Counted from the stretch's first letter, positions 1 to 9,540 are shown. The stretch is 20,000 nt of DNA from Dehalococcoidia bacterium (GCA_040882355.1 JBBEBM010000067.1:44835-64834), one strand, 5' to 3'. Notes: a model not told the origin generated them from the sequence alone. Numbers and translations: made by a program.

Positions 1-2
1 CG

Positions 3-341
3 CGCGCCGCCAACCTCGTCGCGCTCGACACACCGTGGACCGACATCGCGGACCTCGGCCGCCTGGAGGCGGACGCGAAGCGCGCGCGGTCGATCGGCTT
101 CAGCGGCAAGTACGTGATCCACCCGACCCACATCGAGGCCGTGCACGCCGCCTTCAGCCCGCGCGCCGACGAAATCGCCGGCGCGCGCAAGGTGCTCGCC
201 GCGTGGGACGACGCGCAGGCGAAGGGCCTGGGCGCCATCCAGCTCGACGGTCGCATGGTCGACCGCCCCATCGCCGAGCGCGCCCGCCACGTGATCGAGA
301 TGGCGGAGGCGATCGCGGCGCACCCTAATAAGACGCCCTAG
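3..341 (+). CDS. CitE/HpcH-HpaI family CoA ester lyase, C-terminal part (5' truncated by window edge)
   Basis: Frame 3 reads RAANLVALDTPWTDIADLGRLEADAKRARSIGFSGKYVIHP...F-SP...GAIQLDGRMVDRP. These match the GFxGKxxIHP and GxMVDxP motifs of citrate lyase beta-like proteins. Confidence 0.88.
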   Translation, partial: RAANLVALDTPWTDIADLGRLEADAKRARSIGFSGKYVIHPTHIEAVHAAFSPRADEIAGARKVLAAWDDAQAKGLGAIQLDGRMVDRPIAERARHVIEMAEAIAAHPNKTP

Positions 342-657
342 CCGGAGGGCTCGAGGCGGGAGGCTGGAGCCCCGCGCCACCCCTCCACCCACAAGCCGCG
401 CGTTTTGTGTCATTACGTTTCGCAAAATCGCCTCTTTCGGGCAGCGCACCTCAGAACTCCTCCCGAGGACGAGTCTGCCGCACTGACGCTCAGCGCCGCA
501 TGCCGTCTCGGTGTTGTCGAGTGTGAGGATAAGAGCGCGGCCGGTTAGCGCGAAGTGCGGAGTGGCACGGGTTTGGAGCTGCGGCGCGACCAACAGCGGA
601 CGAAGGAGCGAAGCGCCGGGGGCAGACACCGCCTTTTCACGGGAGCAGTTCACAATC

Positions 658-677
658 ATCCTGAGCTGGTCGAAGGG
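658..677. repeat. REP-like dispersed repeat unit (CCTGAGC-N5-7-CGAAGG family)
   Basis: ATCCTGAGCTGGTCGAAGGG matches intergenic copies at 4482-4502 (reverse) and 4624-4644. Confidence 0.55.
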
Positions 678-763
678 CGTGCGGCACACATCCTCGCGTC
701 GTGGAGACGGCGCGCCGGTGTCAAGGGCAGGCCCTCCATACCCCCTGTCCCCTAGACTCGTTG

Positions 764-772
764 TGCTAGAAT
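764..772 (+). promoter_or_regulatory. Extended -10 promoter for the 801 ORF
   Basis: TGcTAGAAT followed by a GAGGAGGT Shine-Dalgarno (SD) sequence and ATG at 801. Confidence 0.5.
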
Positions 773-800
773 CCGCTCAACCGCGGCGAGGAGGTGGCTT

Positions 801-1238
801 ATGGGCCTATTCCGCAAGAAGGTCAGCGACGACGCGTGGAAGCAGGCGGTCTCCATCACGGCAGATGCAATCCGCGAGATTGGCGATGTCTTTGAGGCGA
901 CGGGTGGCGCTGTCGGGAATGATCCGTTGTTGGGATGGGCGACCGTAGCTGACGACCTCGCATGGCTCGATGGACTCGAGGCGCAGTTCAAGGCGGCAAA
1001 GGGCGCCTACGACAACGCGGGCGAGCCCGTCGCCGAGGACGAGGACCTCTTTGGGACAGCCGTCCAGCTCGCGCGGCGCATCTGCGACGAAGCGCGGTCG
1101 GGCGAGATCCTCGCCTCGAACGTCGTGCGAGAGCTGGCCGCTGGTAAGGGCTTCCTCTTCGCCGACCGGGGCGCTTCGGCGCTCAAAGGATTCGAGGACC
1201 CGGTACGGCTCTACGAGGTGCGGTGGCCGGAACCTTAG
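801..1238 (+). CDS. Chimeric ORF: unrelated N-terminus joined to the C-terminal half of a class III adenylate/guanylate cyclase domain
   Basis: From NAGEPVAEDEDLFGTAVQLARRIC...GEILASNVV...LKGFEDPVRLYEV the sequence matches the second half of class III cyclases. The first ~70 aa lack the FxDxxxxT and GD metal-binding motifs. Confidence 0.65.
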   Translation: MGLFRKKVSDDAWKQAVSITADAIREIGDVFEATGGAVGNDPLLGWATVADDLAWLDGLEAQFKAAKGAYDNAGEPVAEDEDLFGTAVQLARRICDEARSGEILASNVVRELAAGKGFLFADRGASALKGFEDPVRLYEVRWPEP

Positions 1239-1356
1239 GTCCCACGGGGCTCGATCCCTCGCTTCCATCGGTTGGCACGAACCGCGCGATTTTTAGGAGC
1301 ATCCAACCATCCAACACGGTGTCTTCAAGCTCGACGCATCGCACACCGACGAAGCC

Positions 1357-1923
1357 GTGGCGCTGCTCACGCGCGCCTTCTTCAAATCTCCGGTATGGAC
1401 CTGGGTAGTCCCGGACGAAGCGCAGCGCCGCGCGGTCCTGCCGCTGGGGATGCGCGCATCGGTCGACGCGGGGCTCATCCTCGACAGCGCGTACGGCATT
1501 GGGAAGCCGCTGCGTGGCGTGGCGATCTGGGCGCCGCCCCGCATGGCGGACGTCGATGTCGATCCTGACGGCACGCAGGCCGGTTGGGACGCCGTCCTCG
1601 CGGCCGTCGGCCCCGATGGCAGGCGGCGGTTCGACAGCATGGGCGAGGTGGAGAAGCATCGCGAAAACTGCATCGCTGCCGAGGGCTGGTACCTGTCCTT
1701 GCTGGGCGTCGAGCCGGAGGCGCAGCGCACTGGCGTCGGGACGGCGTTGCTCCGCGCGATGTGGGCGCGCCTCGATGCGATCCGCGCCGCGACCTACACG
1801 GACACCGAGAACGAGGCGAACGTCGCGTACTACCTGAAGCATGGTTACGCCCTCGTGCAGCAGGGCGGCCTCCCCGACAACGGCCCGCCATACTTCTGCT
1901 TCCTGCGCACACCCCCGCGCTAG
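1357..1923 (+). CDS. GNAT family N-acetyltransferase (true start possibly 1309)
   Basis: WYLSLLGVEPEAQRTGVGTALL is the acetyl-CoA binding motif, followed by NVAYYLKHGY. Confidence 0.85.
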   Translation: MALLTRAFFKSPVWTWVVPDEAQRRAVLPLGMRASVDAGLILDSAYGIGKPLRGVAIWAPPRMADVDVDPDGTQAGWDAVLAAVGPDGRRRFDSMGEVEKHRENCIAAEGWYLSLLGVEPEAQRTGVGTALLRAMWARLDAIRAATYTDTENEANVAYYLKHGYALVQQGGLPDNGPPYFCFLRTPPR

Positions 1924-2067
1924 CGCGACCATCAGGGGCTTGTCGATCTTGACACGACCGTAGGCTACTAAGGTCGGCCGTCGCTATGGCGAGATAGCGT
2001 CAGGCGCCCGTAGCGCTGCGCTTCTGATCCGCCGCCTCCCGCACAGCGCTTCCCGCCTCCACGGCCG

Positions 2068-2076
2068 TGCTAGACT
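2068..2076 (+). promoter_or_regulatory. Extended -10 promoter, near-leaderless, for the sulfatase
   Basis: TGcTAGACT ends 9 nt before ATG 2086, and no clear SD is present. Confidence 0.45.
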
Positions 2077-2085
2077 AGGCGCGCA

Positions 2086-3621
2086 ATGATCGAAGACGCC
2101 CCTCCCCTTCCGCCTGCGCCAGCGTCACCCAAGAACGCCATCGTCGTGCTGCTCGATTCGCTCAACCGGCACATGCTGGGCGCGTACGGCGGCGACGAGT
2201 TCGCGACGCCCAACCTCGACGCGTTCGCCGCGCGGTCGCTTCGCTTCGAGCGGCACTACGCGGGCTCGCTGCCCTGCATCCCCGCCCGCCACGACCTGCT
2301 CTGCGGCGCGCTCGACTTCCTCTGGCGGCCCTGGGGCTCGATCGAGGTCTGGGAGCGCTCGCTGACGGCGGAGCTGCGCCGCGCCGGCGTGACGACGATG
2401 CTCATCTCCGACCATCCGCACCTCTTCGAGACGGGCGGCGAGAACTACCACACGGACTTCGACGGCTGGGACTACGAACGCGGCCACGAGGGCGACCCGT
2501 GGAAGACGCGGCCCGACCCGAGCTGGATCGGCGCGCCGATGTTCGGGCGGCAATTCATGCCCTACGACAACTCTCGCGGCCACTTCCGCGACGAGAACGA
2601 CTTCCCCGGGCCGCGCACGATGGCCGCCGCCGCTCGCTGGCTGGACTCGAACGCCGGCTACCACGACCGCTTCTTCCTGTTCATCGACGAGTTCGACCCG
2701 CACGAGCCGTTCGACACGCCGGAGCCTTACGCCTCGATGTACGACGACTCGTGGGAGGGCCCGCACCTGATCTGGCCGCCATACATTCGAGGCGCGCTCC
2801 AGCAGGGCGTGCTCGACGAGCGTCAGGCGCGCCAGCTCCGCGCCTGCTACGGCGGCAAGCTGACGATGATCGACGCCTGGTTCGGCAAGATCATCGACGC
2901 GGTCGAGCGCCACCAGCTCTGGGACGACACGGCGGTCATCGTCTGCACGGACCACGGCCACTACCTGGGCGAGAAGGACATCTGGGGCAAGCCGGGCGTT
3001 CCCGCCTACGAGCCGCTCGGCCACATCCCGCTCATGATCTCGTGGCCGGGCGCTGCGCCGGGCGCCGTCAACGCCCTCACGACAACCGCCGACATCAACG
3101 CGACGCTCGCCGACGTGTTCGGCGTCGAGGCGAAGCATCGCGCGCACGGCGTCTCGCTGCTGCCGCTCGTGCGCGGCGAGGCGCAGTCGGTGCGCGAGTA
3201 CGCGCTCTCGGGCGTCTGGGGCCGCGAGGTGCACCTGATCGACGGGCGGCACAAGTACGCGCGGGCGCCCTCAGGCGCGAACGCGCCGCTCTCGCTCTGG
3301 TCGAACCGCTGGTCGACGATGCCGATACCGTCCCGGCCGGGGCTACGGCTGCCCGCGCCCGACGACCGCGCCGTCCTCGACCGCATGCCAGGCTCGCGCG
3401 TGCCGGTGATCCGCCAGCCCTTCGTCGAAGGCGACCTGCTGCCCTACTGGGCGATCGGGCCGTTCAGCGGCAACCACCTCTACGATCTGGCGAACGACCC
3501 GTCGGAGGACGAGAACCTGGCGGGCTCACGCAGGGAGCGCGACATGGCGGACGCGCTTCGCGAGGCGCTCAAGCAGGTCGAGGCTCCGGACGATCAGTTC
3601 GTGCGGCTGGGGATGGAGTAG
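2086..3621 (+). CDS. Cys-type formylglycine-dependent sulfatase
   Basis: Motifs LLDSLN, CIPAR (CxPxR), DPHEP, TDHG and LYDLxxDPxE; no signal peptide. Confidence 0.92.
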   Translation: MIEDAPPLPPAPASPKNAIVVLLDSLNRHMLGAYGGDEFATPNLDAFAARSLRFERHYAGSLPCIPARHDLLCGALDFLWRPWGSIEVWERSLTAELRRAGVTTMLISDHPHLFETGGENYHTDFDGWDYERGHEGDPWKTRPDPSWIGAPMFGRQFMPYDNSRGHFRDENDFPGPRTMAAAARWLDSNAGYHDRFFLFIDEFDPHEPFDTPEPYASMYDDSWEGPHLIWPPYIRGALQQGVLDERQARQLRACYGGKLTMIDAWFGKIIDAVERHQLWDDTAVIVCTDHGHYLGEKDIWGKPGVPAYEPLGHIPLMISWPGAAPGAVNALTTTADINATLADVFGVEAKHRAHGVSLLPLVRGEAQSVREYALSGVWGREVHLIDGRHKYARAPSGANAPLSLWSNRWSTMPIPSRPGLRLPAPDDRAVLDRMPGSRVPVIRQPFVEGDLLPYWAIGPFSGNHLYDLANDPSEDENLAGSRRERDMADALREALKQVEAPDDQFVRLGME

Positions 3622-3647
3622 CGGGATTCCCGGAAGGAGGTCGGCAG

Positions 3648-4358
3648 ATGTCAGGGCGGACGTTTTTCATCGTCGCCGTCGGGACGGCGGTTCTCGCGTT
3701 CGGCGTCTTCTTGTTCGCGTTCATCTACCTCTTACCGGCAGTGATTGTCGCCACTTTCGGAGACGAATTCGAAGAGGCCGTGCCTACGATCCAGGCATAC
3801 CTTGCGACCACCCAGGCGGAGGCAACCGCCTCCGCCGAAGCGCGGACGCCGCCGCCTCCTCTAACGAGCACGCCTACTCCCCCGGCTGTCGATGTCAGGA
3901 ACGGGTGCGGACCTCCGCTGCCCGACGTGTACTGTGAGAACTGGTACCGTCCACCGCCGTCCGACTGTCCGGTGAGCACCTTCGAGGTCATTCGCCCCGA
4001 CGGGCTCTCCGGGATCGGCTCGAACCCCTTCTGGATGGTCGGCTACCCCGTGCAGCCTCTAGAGCCGGAGCCGCGCAGCAAGAGAATATGGATCATTGCA
4101 GACGGCGTTGTCGGAGAGGTTACGCTCACTGGCAAGAACCTGGATGGGCCTGGCACCATCACCTTCCCGAGCTATGAAAGGGATGCAAGCTTCAGCGAGG
4201 AGACGCCAGATAAAACCGCCCTCGTCCTCATGCCTCCTCACGGCATCGAGGAAGACCACCGTACCGCAATCGTCTACCCGAGCGCCGGGTGCTGGGAGTT
4301 CACCGCGGAACTGGGCGGTGAGACTGCGCGGATCGTGCAGTACGTCTACGAGGAGTAG
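3648..4358 (+). CDS. Hypothetical membrane-anchored/exported protein (236 aa)
   Basis: AAGGAGG SD before ATG 3648. N-terminal hydrophobic segment, Pro/Thr linker, and a Cys-containing C-terminal domain ending YPSAGCWEFTA. Confidence 0.75.
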   Translation: MSGRTFFIVAVGTAVLAFGVFLFAFIYLLPAVIVATFGDEFEEAVPTIQAYLATTQAEATASAEARTPPPPLTSTPTPPAVDVRNGCGPPLPDVYCENWYRPPPSDCPVSTFEVIRPDGLSGIGSNPFWMVGYPVQPLEPEPRSKRIWIIADGVVGEVTLTGKNLDGPGTITFPSYERDASFSEETPDKTALVLMPPHGIEEDHRTAIVYPSAGCWEFTAELGGETARIVQYVYEE

Positions 4359-4481
4359 GGGGCGGAGCCAGACGCTTCGGTGCCGCGCGGGGCCGACATC
4401 GCCCTCAAGTCGGATGCCCAGAAGGTAAGGGGTTCTACCCGCCCTCCCGCCCCAGGAGCCTCTTTCCGAGGAGCTCCGCCC

Positions 4482-4655
4482 TCCTTCGGCTTCGCTCAGG
4501 ACAAGCCTCGGGCTCCCCGAGATCCACGGTTGGCTTGCGCGAGATCGCGCGGCTAGCGGCCCCATCGTTGGTCCGGGGCCTGATGCTTCGCTGCCGCGAG
4601 GGGCGAGACCCTTCGCGGAGTCTATCCTGAGCTGAAACGAAGGGCTCAGGGTGAC
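4482..4655. repeat. Cluster of REP-like repeats between convergent genes
   Basis: TCCTTCGGCTTCGCTCAGGAC at 4482-4502, and a nested unit CCCTTCG..[ATCCTGAGCTGAAACGAAGGG]CTCAGGGTGAC at 4609-4655. Confidence 0.55.
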
Positions 4656-4659
4656 CGGG

Positions 4660-5022
4660 CTACATCTGAACGAGGCCGACGAGGTTGCCTTCGGGGTCCT
4701 CGACGTGGGCGATGGTGGGGCGGCCGGGGACGTCCATGGGCTCGGTGAGGGCTTTGCCGCCCAGCTCCTCGGCCTTCTTCAGCGACGCGCGGAGATCGGC
4801 GACCTGGATGTAGACGGCGACGGCGGGCGCGCGGTCGCTTTGGAGGATGGTGCCGCCGACGCCCTCCACAGGCGGGCCCTTGCCCGGCGGGATCGTCGCG
4901 ATGGGCGCGCCCTCCGGAGCGGTGATGTCCCAATCGAACATCTCGCGATAGAACGCTTCGATCGTGGCGCGGTCCTTCGCGAGGATCTGGAAGTGAACGA
5001 CGGGGCGCGGCCAGTCAGACAT
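4660..5022 (-). CDS. VOC/glyoxalase family protein
   Basis: MSDWPRPVVHFQI...FYREMFDW...YIQVADL...AEELGG...DPEGNLVGL; AAGGAG SD upstream. Confidence 0.88.
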   Translation of the reverse strand: MSDWPRPVVHFQILAKDRATIEAFYREMFDWDITAPEGAPIATIPPGKGPPVEGVGGTILQSDRAPAVAVYIQVADLRASLKKAEELGGKALTEPMDVPGRPTIAHVEDPEGNLVGLVQM

Positions 5023-5036
5023 CGTGTCGCTCCTTG

Positions 5037-6167
5037 CTACGTCCAGCCCATCTCGCGTTCGATGGTGGCGAGATCGGGCGGAAGGGGTCGTAGCTCGGGC
5101 GCGAACTCGGCGAGCGCGCGCTCCGGGTCCTTCAGCCCGCTGCCGGTGATGATGCAGACGACAGTTTTGCCTGCGAGGTCCGCCCCCGTGAGGGCTCCCT
5201 CGCCGGCGGACTTGAGGAGGCCGGCGACGCCCGCCGCCGAGGCGGGCTCGCAGAAGATGCCCTCCTCCTGCGCCATGCGCCGGTAGGCGTCGAGGATCTC
5301 GTCGTCGGTGACGGCGCTGATCGCGCCGTTCGATTCGTCGCGGGCCGTGACGGCGCCCTGCCAGCTCGCGGGGTTGCCGATGCGGATAGCCGAGGCGACG
5401 GTCTGCGGCTCGGCGACGGGCGCGCCCTGCACGAGGGGCGCCGCACCGGCGGCCTGAAAGCCCCACATGCGCGGCTTCCGGCTCGCCGCCTCGCGCTGGT
5501 AGTACTCGACGAAGCCCTGCCAGTAGGCCGTGATGTTGCCGGCATTGCCAACCGGCAGGCAGAGCACGTCGGGCGCGTCGCCGAGCGCATCGACGATCTC
5601 GAACGCGGCCGTCTTTTGGCCTTCGATGCGCTCCGGGTTCACCGAGTTCACGAGGGCGATCGGGTGGCGCCGCGTGATCTCGCGGGCGAGGCGAAGCGCG
5701 TCGTCGAAGTTGCCCTCGATGGCGATGATGCGCGCGCCGTGGGCGGCGGTCTGCGCCAGCTTTCCTTCGGCGATGCGCCCGTGCGGCACGACGATGTACG
5801 CCTCCAGCCCGCAGTGGGCGGCGTACGCCGCCGCTGAGGCGCTCGTGTTGCCCGTCGAGGCGCAGAGGATGGCGCGCTCGCCGCGCTCCACCGCCTTCGC
5901 AACGGCGACGACCATGCCCCGGTCTTTGAAGGAGCCGCTGGGGTTGCAGCTCTCCAGCTTGAAGTAGAGCGCCTCGCAGCCGACGTCGCCTTCGAGGCGC
6001 ACGGAGCGGACGAGGGGCGTGTCACCCTCGCCGATGGTGATCAGCGGCGTCGCGTCCGTGATGGGCAGCAGGTGGCGGTAGCGGCGCAGCACGCCCAGGC
6101 CGCGCCCGGGCGGGTCCGGCGAGGCGGCCTCGGCGCCGCGGTCACTCTTCGCTGAGCGTAACGACAT
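5037..6167 (-). CDS. thrC: Threonine synthase
   Basis: NPSGSFKDRG (PLP lysine), CASTGNTSASAAAY, PVGNAGNI and IRIGNPASW motifs. Confidence 0.96.
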   Translation of the reverse strand: MSLRSAKSDRGAEAASPDPPGRGLGVLRRYRHLLPITDATPLITIGEGDTPLVRSVRLEGDVGCEALYFKLESCNPSGSFKDRGMVVAVAKAVERGERAILCASTGNTSASAAAYAAHCGLEAYIVVPHGRIAEGKLAQTAAHGARIIAIEGNFDDALRLAREITRRHPIALVNSVNPERIEGQKTAAFEIVDALGDAPDVLCLPVGNAGNITAYWQGFVEYYQREAASRKPRMWGFQAAGAAPLVQGAPVAEPQTVASAIRIGNPASWQGAVTARDESNGAISAVTDDEILDAYRRMAQEEGIFCEPASAAGVAGLLKSAGEGALTGADLAGKTVVCIITGSGLKDPERALAEFAPELRPLPPDLATIEREMGWT

Positions 6168-7152
6168 GCTTTCTCATCTCGCGCACTTCGCGCTCCAGCT
6201 CCTGGATCTGACGCCGCTTGGTGCGCTCCTGCGAGCTGATCAGTTTGCGCATCTGGTCGGTCAGCGTGGCCTTCTCCTGCTCGAGCTGCTCCTGGAGCGC
6301 ATCGAGTCGTGAGCCGAGCGTCTGCTGGTGTGTGCGAAGCAGGCCTTGCTGCTGGTCATGCTGCTCGCCGCGCTCGCGCACGGCGTTCATTCCCTCTTCG
6401 AGATGCATCGCCCGCTCTTCCAGCCGTTGCCGTTCGGCGCGGTGCAACTCAATGCGGTCGGCGAGCATCTCGAGGCGCTGCAGCTCCTGCAGGCTCTGGT
6501 TGATCGTGCCCTCGAGTCGATGGGCGACGTCGCCCGCGACCTTCGCGCGCTCGCCGATGGCCGCGTCCTCGCGCTGGAGAGCGAGGATGGTCGCCTCGAC
6601 CTGCGTCAGCGTGTGCTCGGCGCGCGTCGCTCCCTCCAGGCCACGCGCCGCCTTGCTCTCCGTTGCTTCCAGCCGGCGCTCGATCTGGCCGAGCTGCAGG
6701 TGGATCTGGGAGACCTCCTCCTGAAAGTGCCTGCCGACCTCGTCGACGGCGGCCTGGCGGTCGTGCCACTGGTCGACCTGCCGTTCCACCTGGTCGATAC
6801 GGCGGGCCAGTTCGGTCCATTCCTGCTGGTCGCGGTTCTCGTCGTCGTGGCGGCGCCTCGTGACGGTGCTAAGCTGCTCTTTCGCCGCCGCCTGTTCGTC
6901 CTGGAGCTGGAGGATCAACGCTGCAGCCTGGTTGATCTCCTCCTGGAGCCGCGGCACGTGCGCGGCCTCTCGCGCAGCCTCTTGAAGCGAACCGTGGAGC
7001 GCCCGCGAGTTGTCGCTCAGCTCGGAGGCCGTTGCGCGCAGGTGCTCGAGCTGCTGCTCGAGCTGCGCGACCTGGCCCTTCAGCTCGTAGACCTGGTCCT
7101 GCAGCCAGCCCACCGGGCCGACGGCGGTCTCCTGACGCGCCTCCTGTGTCAC
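6142..7152 (-). CDS. Long coiled-coil hypothetical protein (336 aa)
   Basis: E/Q/R/L-rich heptad pattern throughout. GTG directly follows the hom stop, and the end overlaps the thrC start. Confidence 0.8.
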   Translation of the reverse strand: MTQEARQETAVGPVGWLQDQVYELKGQVAQLEQQLEHLRATASELSDNSRALHGSLQEAAREAAHVPRLQEEINQAAALILQLQDEQAAAKEQLSTVTRRRHDDENRDQQEWTELARRIDQVERQVDQWHDRQAAVDEVGRHFQEEVSQIHLQLGQIERRLEATESKAARGLEGATRAEHTLTQVEATILALQREDAAIGERAKVAGDVAHRLEGTINQSLQELQRLEMLADRIELHRAERQRLEERAMHLEEGMNAVRERGEQHDQQQGLLRTHQQTLGSRLDALQEQLEQEKATLTDQMRKLISSQERTKRRQIQELEREVREMRKHVVTLSEE

Positions 7153-8457
7153 CTAACCCTCCACCCGCAAGAACGTGCCGATCGCCGTGACGACCGGCAG
7201 CGCTTCCACCAGGCGCAGCGCCTCCTGCATCGACGCTTCCTTTGATTCGTGGGTCATGATCACCAGCTCGGCCGTGCGCGCCTCTTCGTCCGCCTCCTTC
7301 TGGAGCACGGAGGCGATGCTGATCTCGGCGTCGCCGAGCACGCGAGCGATCTGCGCCAGCACGCCTGGCTGGTCCGTGATGGTAAGGCGCAGGTAGTACT
7401 TGGTGCGCAGCTCGCCCATCGGCGCCACGCGCAGGGGGACTTCGCCGCTCCAGGAGAGCCGCTCGCGCACGCCGGTGACGACGCTATGGGCGGCGTCCAG
7501 CAGGTCGGCGACGACGGCGCTGGTGGTAGGCAGCGAGCCGGCGCCCTGCCCTTCGAACAGCGTGCGGCCGAGGAGGTCGCCCTCGACCTGGACCGCGTTC
7601 AGCACACCGTCTACCTTCGCCAGCGGCTCGTCGTCCGGCAGCATGGCCGGGTGTACGCGCATCTGCACGCCCGAATTGTCCGGCAGCCGCCGCGCGATGG
7701 CGAGGAGCTTGATCGCGTAGCCGAGCTCCCGGGCGTAACGAAAGTCTCGCGCCGCCAGACGAGTGATGCCTTCTCGATAGACCTGCTCCGGCCGAACCTC
7801 GCCGTGGAAGGCGAGACTGGCCAGAATGGCGAGCTTGTACGCGGCGTCGACGCCCTCCACGTCGTTCGCCGGGTCCGGTTCCGCATAGCCTAGCGCCTGC
7901 GCCTGCGAAAGCGCCTCGGCGAAGTCGCGGCCTTCGCGGCTCATGGCGGTGAGGATGTAGTTCGTCGTGCCGTTGATGATCGCGGAGATGGCGACGATGT
8001 CGTTCGCGAGGAGGTCGCGCTTGAGCGGGGCGATGATCGGGATGCCGCCGCCCACGCTCGCCTCGTACAGCACGTCGACGCCGCGCTCCCGCGCCAGCGC
8101 TAGCAGGGCGGCGCCGTGCTTCGCCATGACCTCCTTGTTGCCGGTGACCACGTACTTGCCCGCCTGCAGCGCCTCGCGCGCGTAGCGGAAGGCCGGCTCC
8201 TCGCCGCCCATCACCTCGATGATAACGTCGATCTCAGGATCGTCGAGCACCGCGCCGGCGTCGGTCGTGAAGAGCGCGGGGTCGATGGCAACGGAACGTT
8301 CCTTTTCGGGGTCGCGCACCAGCACGCGGGCGAGCTCGAGGGGGCACCCCAATTCGGCAGCGTAGCGGTCGCGCTTCTCCGCCAGGATGCGGGCGACGCC
8401 GCCGCCGACGACTCCGAGACCCAGGAGGCCCACCTTCACGCTACGTCGTGCGCTCAT
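7153..8457 (-). CDS. hom: Homoserine dehydrogenase with C-terminal ACT domain
   Basis: GLGVVG, YEASVGGGIP, INGTTNYIL, GYAEPDPxxDVEG and DQPGVLA (ACT) motifs. Confidence 0.96.
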   Translation of the reverse strand: MSARRSVKVGLLGLGVVGGGVARILAEKRDRYAAELGCPLELARVLVRDPEKERSVAIDPALFTTDAGAVLDDPEIDVIIEVMGGEEPAFRYAREALQAGKYVVTGNKEVMAKHGAALLALARERGVDVLYEASVGGGIPIIAPLKRDLLANDIVAISAIINGTTNYILTAMSREGRDFAEALSQAQALGYAEPDPANDVEGVDAAYKLAILASLAFHGEVRPEQVYREGITRLAARDFRYARELGYAIKLLAIARRLPDNSGVQMRVHPAMLPDDEPLAKVDGVLNAVQVEGDLLGRTLFEGQGAGSLPTTSAVVADLLDAAHSVVTGVRERLSWSGEVPLRVAPMGELRTKYYLRLTITDQPGVLAQIARVLGDAEISIASVLQKEADEEARTAELVIMTHESKEASMQEALRLVEALPVVTAIGTFLRVEG

Positions 8458-8469
8458 GGGCTGTCAGCG

Positions 8470-9459
8470 TTAGTAGACGTCGTTGATGACGCGGTTTGTG
8501 TCTTCGGCCGAAAGATGGCGTTCGATCGTGAGCTCGTCGTCCTGCGCTTTGAACCAGTCCTCGAGCTCGCGATCGGCAACGAGCTGCTTCTGTGTGTCGT
8601 CCAGCGCGCGGCTGTCGGCCCGCTCAATCAGCTCGACGATGTAGGCGCCGACGCTGGTGTCGATCACCTCGCTGCGGTCGCCGGGCTGGGCGTCAGCGAA
8701 GAGGAAGTCTTCGACCTTGTCGTCGGGGAACGCCCCCCGTGTGGTCCAGTCCATCTCGCCGCCCTTTTCGGCGCTGGTCGTGTCCTGCGAGACTTCGCGC
8801 GCGACCGTGGCGAAGTCCTCGCCCGCGTCCAGGCGCTCCAGCACCTGCCTGCCTTCGTTACGGTCCGCCACGAGAATCACGCGAGCGCGCACCTGCGGTT
8901 CTTCAGCCGGGGAAAGGTACAGGTAGTAGTTGCGCAGCTTCTGCTCGAGCAAGTCAGCCCGGATCTTCTGGCGAAACTCATCGCGATGGAGGCCGCTTGC
9001 CGCAAGCTGCTTGCCGAACTCGGCGGCAAAGGCGCCCGGGTCGGCGTCCGCGGCCAGGGCGCCGGTCTCCTTGATCTTGGCATCGATCTCGTCTTCCGTC
9101 ACCGTGATGTCGTTGAGCGTGTTCGCCCGCTCGATCAGCTTGGCCTCGCGTTCGAGCTGGAGCATGACGGTTTCGGGCAGGGCTTGAGCGTACTGCGGCT
9201 GCTGGAAGATGGTGTTCTCGTTGACCGTCAGCTTGGCGCGGCGCGTCAGGGCGTTCAAGCTGTACTCTTGCTTACCCACCTGGAGGACGGTCTTGCCGCC
9301 GGGCTTGATCTCCGTCTGGTACCAGCCGAACGCGATCACGCCCGCGGCGATGAGAAGGACCGCCGCAACGCCGCCCACGAGCAGGATGCGGCTCATCTGC
9401 TCCGGATCGGTCCGGCGAGAGGCCCTGGGCCGTCCGGACTGTGTCTTCGCCTTTGCCAT
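8470..9459 (-). CDS. Membrane-anchored parvulin-type peptidylprolyl isomerase (PrsA/SurA-like)
   Basis: N-terminal TM helix; rotamase motif ARVILV...GEDFATVAREVSQD...GGEMDW. Confidence 0.85.
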   Translation of the reverse strand: MAKAKTQSGRPRASRRTDPEQMSRILLVGGVAAVLLIAAGVIAFGWYQTEIKPGGKTVLQVGKQEYSLNALTRRAKLTVNENTIFQQPQYAQALPETVMLQLEREAKLIERANTLNDITVTEDEIDAKIKETGALAADADPGAFAAEFGKQLAASGLHRDEFRQKIRADLLEQKLRNYYLYLSPAEEPQVRARVILVADRNEGRQVLERLDAGEDFATVAREVSQDTTSAEKGGEMDWTTRGAFPDDKVEDFLFADAQPGDRSEVIDTSVGAYIVELIERADSRALDDTQKQLVADRELEDWFKAQDDELTIERHLSAEDTNRVINDVY

Positions 9460-9540
9460 GCTCGATTCGCCTCTGCTAGCCCTGAAGATGCAACGAGGGC
9501 GCTCCGCCGCCGTCGCTCCCTCGGCCGCGCGTCCGGCGCG

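Noticed and set aside
342..760. Possible ncRNA or small gene in the 460-bp intergenic gap
   Set aside because: It contains only a weak hairpin near 400-431 and one REP-like unit, with no recognisable RNA motif or credible ORF.
2499..3647. N-terminal 383 aa of the 619-aa ORF
   Set aside because: It is an Arg-rich off-frame overlap with the sulfatase. The real gene starts at ATG 3648 after a strong SD.
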